Assembly: GCA_010909165.1 (NCBI GenBank) | Contig: MU008173.1 | Coordinates: forward strand, 806,001 to 870,000 | Reading direction: 5' to 3' | From: Anthoceros angustus | Lineage: Eukaryota > Plantae > Anthocerotophyta | DNA: 64,000 nucleotides | Shown: positions 63,868-64,000 of the stretch, in pieces | Position numbering within the stretch: position 1 is the first letter of the stretch | How the letters are laid out: every line of letters starts with the position of its first letter | Made by a program: the position numbers and the translations under genes | The notes under the pieces: generated by a model | Database searches by the model: none | The model's input: only the letters and a program-made list of their open reading frames with translations | Told to the model about the DNA's origin: nothing

Positions 63868-64000
63868 GTACACATTTATGAGAAGGTCGTGATTAAGCAT
63901 CCTGTGCTTAGATCGGTACTTAGATGGGGTGCTTAAAGGGAGTGGATGCCCTTGGTGCAAGCAGCTTATGCATATCGTGGTACAAGTTATTAAGTACCAA
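63868..64000. mobile_element. MITE-like family copy (reverse orientation to 19465-19690), cut by window edge
   Basis: GCTTAGATCGGTACTTAGATGGGGTGCTTAAAGGGAGTGGATGCCCTTGGTGCAAG. Confidence 0.75.

Overview
Gene-dense eukaryotic nuclear DNA with short (~100 bp) spliceosomal introns, most consistent with a compact non-flowering land-plant genome (hornwort/bryophyte- or lycophyte-like; inferred from gene content and PLS-class PPRs, not proven). Recognisable genes in order: partial ARM-repeat gene, synaptotagmin, NRPB9, a broken SYP61-like SNARE abutting a PTEN1-like phosphatase, a DNA polymerase iota-like Y-family polymerase, RPL30, a DUF6464-like protein, an SCL splicing factor, IPC synthase, Stay-green, AAF/OSA15-like protein, DHH phosphoesterase, TXNL4B/DIM1B, FBL15/SLOMO, EMC10 and RNF25-like E3. 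Repeat islands (8.5-19.7 kb, 24.5-26.9 kb, 53.4-55.4 kb, 60.8-64 kb) hold a PIF/Harbinger element with TIRs and TTA TSD, two CRE-like (RLE) non-LTR retrotransposon 3' fragments, a MITE-like family, PPR pseudogenes and a ~340-bp fold-back. Best leads: (1) a Pol iota catalytic core carrying a Pol eta-type UBZ/PIP tail in a plant; (2) a possible SNARE-PTEN chimeric gene, or PTEN first exon recruited from SYP61; (3) CRE-like retroelements with a shared structured, tandemly amplified 3' end; (4) the long hairpin. All calls are by eye and from recalled family motifs; exon boundaries were read manually and some indels may be long-read assembly errors.
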